From Eledone cirrhosa (lineage: Eukaryota): DNA of 64,000 nucleotides. The stretch covers positions 34,472,001 to 34,536,000 of the forward strand of contig OZ024750.1 of the NCBI GenBank assembly GCA_964016885.1. The letters run 5' to 3'. Both the position numbers and the translations under genes were made by a program. How positions within the stretch are numbered: position 1 is the first letter of the stretch; every line of letters begins with the position of its first letter. Under the pieces are notes generated by a model. That model did no database searches and was not told where the DNA came from. It saw nothing but the letters and a program-made list of their open reading frames with translations. Below are positions 54,754 to 64,000 of this stretch, piece by piece.

Positions 54754-54770
54754 ACATATATAAAGAAAAT
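53241..54770. repeat. (TA)n/(TATG)n microsatellite
   Basis: Direct inspection; continues the array left of the PLE. Confidence 0.95.
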
Positions 54771-54789
54771 ATAAATATACAAATATAAA

Positions 54790-56248
<1,459 letters not shown>

Positions 56249-56329
56249 TATATACATATATATACATATATATATATATATACATATATATATACATACA
56301 TATATATATACATACATATACACTTATCT

Positions 56330-57272
56330 CCCCTGTCTGCCGAAAATTTAAGTAAGCGACATTGTCGCTTCTTTAAAACAGCAGCGTATGGTCTTCAAAA
56401 TGCTTTTAATTAAGCATACAGTGTATGGCAAAATACACTGTATATACATTCATATATATATCGCTATTTCAGAGCACCAATTCTAATTTTCAAATTCTGC
56501 TGGGCCGGCTCTGCTGTTTATGAGTTCAAGGGGTGCTCTTATGATATAGTAAAGCTCCATGAGGCAAAGGCTCGCACTTCCTCTTGAAATTGTAGGGTGC
56601 AGCCCTGCTGACAATCTCCCAGTGTGTGGAGAAGCTGATGTTGGCATCTTTTAATGTAGTGATGTATTTGGCAAGTGACGTGGGGTGTCTTGGTTTTTTT
56701 GTTCCTAAAAGAGTGGACATGTGTTCTAAATCTAGTTTTGAACTGGCTAGAGGTGGCCCCTATATAGTGTTTAACTCTACTCTGGCTAGTTATGGTGCAC
56801 CTATATATAACTATATATAACATTATCAGTCAGGCAGTTTCCCCTGAGAGGGCAGCCTCCCTGTCACGACAGTTGCATTTTCTGTCACGGTCACTCCTAG
56901 TTCCTGAAGTAAAGCTATTACTATTGCTACCTATGTTGTTATCTAACCCTCTATCTCGGTCATTGGTACTGTTATATCTCAAGGTGTGTGGGGTAGTACC
57001 ATTATCCCCCCACACACCGCAGCCCGTTCCGTTGCCGGTGGGTGACCCGTGGAGGTCACAAGCATACTCACCAATCTCACCTTGGTTATGTCGGTTTTGT
57101 CTGTTGTGGGCTGCCACCAGCACTATTGGGTGTTGCAAGGGAAACGTTAAGGCTATTAGTGTTGCTGTCGGGTCTAGATGTATCTGTGCTAAGGGGCCGT
57201 GTTTTGGTGATCACACTGTGATTAGTTGCTCCTATGATGTCTGCTAGATTGGGGGTGGTAGAGAAGGATATA
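56330..57272 (-). pseudogene. Decayed Naiad-like PLE C-terminal fragment (GIY-YIG endonuclease)
   Basis: Across frameshifts: [72 protein letters not shown]. Confidence 0.8.
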
Positions 57273-57274
57273 TT

Positions 57275-57305
<31 letters not shown>

Positions 57306-57310
57306 GTATA

Positions 57311-57377
<67 letters not shown>

Positions 57378-57464
57378 GTATATATATGTATATATATGTA
57401 TATATATATGTATATATATATATATATGTGTATATATGTGTATATATATATGTATATATATATA

Positions 57465-57495
<31 letters not shown>

Positions 57496-57628
57496 GTATA
57501 TGTGTATATATATGTATATATATATGTATATATATATATATATATGTGTATATATGTGTATATATATATGTATATATATATGTATATGTGTATATATATA
57601 TGTATATATATATATATATGTATATGTG

Positions 57629-57693
<65 letters not shown>

Positions 57694-57703
<10 letters not shown>

Positions 57704-57746
57704 CAAAGGTACTGCGTTATTTTTTCAGTACGTCCTCATCAGACAA
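57694..57746 (-). ncRNA. Hammerhead motif (H3-like) running into (TA)n at stem III
   Basis: Minus strand TTGT-CTGATGA-GGACGTACTG..CAGTACCTTT-GAAA-TATATATA; 3' strand of stem I absent. Confidence 0.55.
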
Positions 57747-58651
57747 AATATATGATTTGATATATGACATACCGCTACGGTCTTGATTATTCAATTCCAG
57801 TATTGGCAGTGATTTATTTCATCAAATCTCAATGTTTATATACCACAAATAATCTGGCGTCACGCAGTAATACAGAAGACCCGACCCCCCACAGGAACAA
57901 GCTGAAGCATATAGACAATATCCCCCCCCCACCCACACTGCAAAGTGGTCGTGGAGGTGCCACGGCAAAAAGGCACCCAGTCCACACTGTAAAGTAGACA
58001 TGTAGGCGCCAGAAAAAAAGCACCCACCACTCACTGTAAATGAGGTTGGCGTTAGGAAGGGCATCCAGCTGTAGTAATCAAGCCAAGGTCAGCTGACTGG
58101 ACACTGCCCACAACAGGACAACCCATCTAATCCATGCTAGCGTGGAAGAACGGACGTAAAACGATGATGATGATGATACATATGCCCCTTTTGACCCATC
58201 AAGACCTTTAATTGTATTAAAACAAAAGAGGTTGGAAAAAAAAAAATTAATAAATAAAACCACTTCGTCACGCACTGGAATAGACCCTTTATTTTCCTTA
58301 GAAGAAGAGATCTTGATCTCAAAATATCAGGACATATAAATAAATTAAGGTAAAAAACACATATGATTTCATCTGACTTGCTTGTTTATCCGTCCATATT
58401 GTCATGGCTTTCAAACTTGGAATTCTTTATATATACTAATACTACAGATAGCTTCTCATTAAGATATTTCTTGAAAACACTTGAGGTTTTATATTCTGTT
58501 ACTCTAAATTAATGGGATATCAGAAGATTGTCGTTATATCACATCCTCGCTACTTTTATTTAAACATTTTTACTAAAATTGTTTTATGTTGCTAAGCTTC
58601 TTAATACTCTGGAATGAAATATATTTATAGTGTTGATATTATTTACTACAC

Positions 58652-59220
58652 TAGTGGTGATGGTGGTTGTGGTAGTTGTGTTGGTAATGGTGGTGGTGGT
58701 AGTGGTGGTGGTGGTGGTTGGAGTGGTGTTGTTGGTAATAGTGGTGGTGGTGGTGGTTGGAGTGGTGTTGTTGGTAATAGTGGTTGAGATGGTAGTGATG
58801 GTGGTGATGGTGGTAGTGGTGGTGGTGGTGTTGGTTTAAGTGGTTGAGATGGTGGTGGTGGTTGGAGTGGTGTTGTTGGTAATAGTGGTTGAGATGGTAT
58901 TGATGATGGTGATGGTGATGGTGGTAGTGGTGGTGGTGGTAATAGTGGTTGAGATGGTGGTGGTGGTGGTGGTGGTGGTGGTTGGAGTGGTTTTGTTGGT
59001 AATAGTGATTGAGATGGTAGTGATGGTGGTGGTGGTGGTTGTGGTGGTACTTATTGTAGCGGTGGTGGAGGGGGGGGGGGGGGGGGGGGGCTGTTGGTAA
59101 TAGTGGTTGAGATGGTAATGATGGTGGTGGTGGTGGTTGTGGTGGTGCTTATTGTAGCGGTGGTGGTGTTGGGAATGGTGGCGTTGGTAGTAGTGGTTGT
59201 AGTGGTGGGAGTGGTTGAGG
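58652..59220. repeat. (GGT)n-rich microsatellite
   Basis: Direct inspection. Confidence 0.92.
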
Positions 59221-59926
59221 TTTTTTTGTTTCTTTTAAGATGGTAGTAGAGAGGTGCTTTAAGAGAGAGATTCAGCTGTCACTTTTAGCAGATCAATCAA
59301 TTACATAAAGATTCTTTCATTAGTATTATATATTTATATAGCTGGAAAATAGGTACACATTGGAATGGCTATTACAATGTGTCTCCCTTGCCATCCTGCA
59401 GAGCAACAGTTTCTCCATTTTGTCAGCTGGGACCACATGGTGGTCTACTCTTGTGCCTCCACATACAAGAGAGCACCTCCACCTCGACACCATCTTGGCT
59501 CTGCATCATTTGGGTAGCAATATTAAGATGGTAATACCATTTTTTTTTCCCTCACAATTTCTCTAATTTTGAATAAATAGCCAAGTATTGGTGTTTAAAA
59601 CTTACCTGTGTTTATCTTACTAAAAATAAAATTGATATAAAATAAAATTGATATAACATAATACCTGGCAAATTTCAAACTTTACCTGTTTAACCAATAT
59701 GTTATTCAAAATAAAATAGATATGGTTCTATTTTACCCACAAAATATGACAAATTTCGAACATAATCTGAAGTTTCTGGAAACATTTTTTTATTATTTAT
59801 ACAACTAATAAATTGTCTCAGATTTTATCCGCCTCTCTAATATATAAATTATACATACATATATATATATATGACAGGGAGGAACATTATAAATATAAAA
59901 AAGAAATGTACTGTGTATGTGTGTGT

Positions 59927-60761
59927 ATCTATATACATAAATGGCAATTTCTGCCTGTTTGTGTGTGTGTTTGTTTGTGAATTTGTTTGTGAACCTAAAA
60001 CTCAAAAACTACCAAACCGATCTTGATGAAACTTAACACGTGTGTGGAGCTCATGCCCATTTGATTTCTTACGGACTTTGAAGTTTTAAAAAATCGATAA
60101 TTTCCAGTCAGTCTGCATCGATTTAAAAAAAAATGAATAGGAAATTTGTATGCAAATGCTCATATGAATGTTATTTTCTGCCATAACTTTTAAAGCTCTC
60201 AACAGATTTCCTTCAAACTTGAAACCCAGGTAGATTATGTGCTAAGGATGACTTTTTGTTAAATAATATTATCCAAACCACTCGAGCAAAGCATAAGCTG
60301 GTTTTTGATTAACCGATGAGCGGAATTTGGCTGTTGTGGGCTTAAAATGTTATCCGTAAATCAACTTAATATTCTCTGCTTGCTGTAACATTTATTTACA
60401 AGCTCCATTAGAGATATATCTTCTTTCTAATTTGTTGAACAAATCCACTGTTCTGACCAACAGTTTGTCGCCTTACTAATCCAGCAGTTATTGTAAGTTT
60501 CTCTTGAAAAAAAATTCTCAGCCTATCCCACGGTTCTATTTTTTTCCTTATAGCAACACTCAACTTCTCTGACAAACATTTTTTCGCCTGACCAATGCAA
60601 TCAACAATATTTGTTGGTATTATTGTTTCGTAAATGAATTTGTCTTCGCTTTTGATTATCTGTCCTATATTTTGATTTCATTTTTGGTCTGAGAGGCATT
60701 GGGCATTTTAATGGGAACTGGGAATACCCCTGCTCCCGGGTATTACCGGGTACCTCAGCTA

Positions 60762-60762
<1 letters not shown>
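59927..60762 (+). mobile_element. Non-autonomous Helitron
   Basis: 5' A|TCTATATACATAAA, (TTTG/TG)n near the start, 3' hairpin CCCGGGTATTACCGGG then CTAG|T. Confidence 0.7.
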
Positions 60763-60800
<38 letters not shown>

Positions 60801-60891
60801 TGCTTTGACAAAACAACGCCATACTTCAGCACTGGACTTAACAAAAGATAGAAATAACAGAGGTAAACTGTTTTTTTCTGTTCAAATTCTA

Positions 60892-60950
60892 GCTGTCTGA
60901 TGAGGTCGTAGCTGTTGTATAATGGTTAGTACTGAAATATATATAACAGC
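60892..60950 (+). ncRNA. Type I hammerhead ribozyme motif (family H3)
   Basis: GCTGT-CTGATGA-GGT..ACT-GAAA-TATATA-TA-ACAGC, then AATAAA. Confidence 0.72.
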
Positions 60951-61155
60951 GAATATAAATAAATGAAGTTAATTTTAACTTGTTGATTTACACTTGTTGT
61001 TTATATATATATATATTTTTTTTTAGCGATCGACTTTCGTCAAATCGGACCGAGGAAACAAAGTTTCCGTTGGTCTTTCCAATTGCTAATACTATCTATC
61101 GGTCGCAACTCCAGGTAGAAGGAGCAACGTGAAATAAAGTGTCTTGCTCAAGGAC

Positions 61156-61235
61156 ATAACGCATCGCCCGGTCCAGGAATTGAATCACAACCTCACGATT
61201 GCGAATCCAATTCTCTAACCACTCAGCCACTCAGC

Positions 61236-61279
<44 letters not shown>

Positions 61280-61359
61280 GCTGAGTGGCTGAGTGGTTAG
61301 AGAATTGGATTCGCAATCGTGAGGTTGTGATTCAATTCCTGGACCGGGCGATGCGTTAT
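61156..61359. repeat. Perfect palindrome of a SINE head centred on (TA)n
   Basis: 61156-61239 is the exact reverse complement of 61276-61359. Confidence 0.9.
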
Positions 61360-61593
61360 AATTCTGAAAACCAAACAAGTTAAATCTGCTTTCCAAAGGA
61401 GTCAACTTCGATCGATCCTTTAAGTCTCTTATAGAGATAGTCCCTTGATAATGGGATTTTAAACCCGAAAATATTTTGGATTATTAAATTTGCTAAGGTA
61501 AGATTCTATTGTTATCTTGGCAATTTTAATTTTCTAGTGCATTGTATGGTTTTCAAAATTATTTAAATTTTGTTTCACACCCACCCACCCACC

Positions 61594-61714
<121 letters not shown>

Positions 61715-62578
61715 TAGTGATAAAAGTCTTTGGGATATTTTCTGTTTTATATAAGATAATCTATGGCAGTGTATGTAAAGTTGATAGTTGATAGTCAATA
61801 ATATCTGAAGTATGTTTATAGAGTTTATTACAATAGATCAAGCACATAATATTTCAACATAATTTCCTTCCTAATCAATACACTTGTTCCAACATTAAAT
61901 GAATGGTTTAGTGCTATAAAAACTTCATCTTGAATCTATCGCTAGCCATATTTAATATTTTGTGTATATTGAATAACCCTTAAGGGATTTTTTAGTAGAC
62001 AAAACAGAGAAAAGTTCCGATTTTGTAACAATAGCGTGGATACACCAATAAATCAAAGTTTAGCTATTGGAGAACAGACATTTTTATACAATAGCAAAAT
62101 ATCTTTTTATGCTATTATTCCACACTCTTTGCTGTTTTCTGTTTGAGAAACAACACTTCACTTTAAAAGAACTGTTTACAATTGTACATTTTAAACTTAT
62201 GTTCCACTATAAGGATTATTTGTAGATGCTGAGAGAGATTTAACATTTTTCTCATTTTTAACATTTTACAATTTCAAATGTTGAGTTTTTCCACTCAGAT
62301 AGCTTTCTAACTTCATGTCTTATTCCACATTTTGTTGAGAGATATCTCTTGTCTTAGTCATCTCCCACACTATCTTGAGAGATAACTCTGTCCTGGTATC
62401 TTCCACAATATCTTGATAGATATCTCTGTTTTCGTGGTGTCACACATTATAACTGTTATGTTTACTCTGGACCTAATGTTTTAAGCTTTCGCTCCATTGA
62501 GTGTTTTGTGATTGTGTGATTGCCCCAAACAAATCAGATAGTACCAGCTGTACACCAGCTGAAACTTCAATTTACAAC

Positions 62579-62612
<34 letters not shown>

Positions 62613-63076
62613 ATATATATCATCATCATCATCATCATCATCACCGTTTTGCATCCGTTCTTCCACGCTAGTATGGGTTAGACGGGTTGTCCTGTTGTGT
62701 GCAGTGTTTGGTCGGCTGACCATGCCTTGCTCATACAGGAACTGATTTGGCTTGATTACTACAGCTGGATGCCCTTCCTAACACCAACCTCATTTACAGT
62801 GAGTGCTGGGTGCTTTTTCGTGGCGCCTACACGTTATATATATATATAAATTTTATATATATATATAAATTTTAGTACAGCATTGACGAAGCTTTAGTAT
62901 ACGGCCAAGCTAGCGTATATGCATAATCGGTCTGTAGCTTTAGCACTCGGATGAGGTAAGACCCCAGAGTAATAACATTACGTTCAGACAGCTTAGCAAA
63001 TCAGATATAGCAGGTCGGCAGTCCAACCGCATTACCAGAGCAATGAAAATACATGACACAGGAAAAGATATATGTA

Positions 63077-63410
63077 TCATCATCATCATCATTTTATGTC
63101 CGCTTTTCCCTGCTTGCAAGGGTGGGACGGGAACTGATTCTGGATTGATTTCTACAGCTGGATGCCCTCCCTAATACCAACCTCATTTACAGTGAGTGCT
63201 GGGTGCTTTTTTGCCATGGCACCTCTACGACCACTTTGCAGTGGAATGATAGGGACCCCAGTCCCTATCATCTCATTTCTACAGCTGAGTAAGCTGGAGC
63301 AATGTGAAATAAAGTGTCTTGCTCAAGGAAACAACACATCACACAGTCTGAGAATTGAACTCACAACCTTACGATTGCAAGGCCAATGCTCTAACCACTA
63401 AGCCATGTGC
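63077..63410 (-). mobile_element. SINE family A
   Basis: Reverse complement of family A. Confidence 0.88.
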
Positions 63411-63576
63411 AAAATGAAATAAATATACATATTTCTTAATTTTATATTTGCAAATATATAATTCAATAAATTTATTTATCTTATTTCATATATACATACA
63501 TACATATATATATATAGCTTCCAGTGCATGTGTGTGTGTGTGTACATATATGTATGTATATATATATATATGTGTG

Positions 63577-63609
<33 letters not shown>

Positions 63610-63794
63610 ATATTTATATATATATGTATTTATTTATATATATATATATGTATTTATATATATATATGTATTTATATATATATATATATATGTATTTATA
63701 TATATGTATTTATATATATGTATTTATGTATTTATATATATATATATATGTATTTATATATATGTATTTATATATATATATATATGTATTTATG

Positions 63795-63837
<43 letters not shown>

Positions 63838-63875
63838 TAAAATAACAGATTAAAGTTTAAGCAAAGAATCGCTAC

Positions 63876-63912
<37 letters not shown>

Positions 63913-64000
63913 TTATATATATATTTATATTTATATATATATGTATTTATATATATATATACATATATATATATACACACACACGCGCACGCACACACAC

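Noticed and set aside
56330-57272. Possible selenoprotein (UGA-recoding) Naiad element
   Set aside because: The conserved Cys positions I could read are TGC/TGT; disruptions are frameshifts (1-nt indels, a 10-nt duplication), and I could not identify a SECIS.
58630-59100. Poly-valine membrane-protein-like ORFs
   Set aside because: Translation of (GGT)n microsatellite.
62860-63000. Possible H3-family HHR remnant on the minus strand (GCTGTCTGAACG...ACTAAAATTTATATA)
   Set aside because: Both core segments deviate and stem II cannot be supported.

Overview
AT-rich eukaryotic (metazoan) genomic DNA with no confidently identifiable host gene. The (TA)n/(TATG)n/(ATG)n microsatellites, tRNA-derived SINEs and RTE LINEs are of the kind seen in octopod cephalopods (inference, not checked). 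Nearly all long ORFs in the track are microsatellite artefacts. The recognisable coding remnants are a Penelope-like retroelement (PLE; RT plus GIY-YIG) arranged as a ~4.9-kb fold-back (48379-53240), a decayed Naiad-like PLE fragment, RTE LINE fragments and mariner fragments. Non-coding repeats include two SINE families, piggyBac- and Tc1/pogo-type MITEs, two non-autonomous Helitrons and several TE-derived minisatellites. The main unannotated signal is a dense set of type I hammerhead ribozyme (HHR) motifs: about 10 sites in at least 6 sequence families, mostly next to (TA)n. One is a non-coding retrozyme-like element (45046-45604). Its 483-nt unit starts at its own predicted HHR cleavage site and ends in a 76-nt direct repeat. 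Several short HHR elements are hairpins with a one-sided tail, and in one family the fold-back point is the ribozyme's stem II. All structures were read by eye; none was folded computationally or tested.
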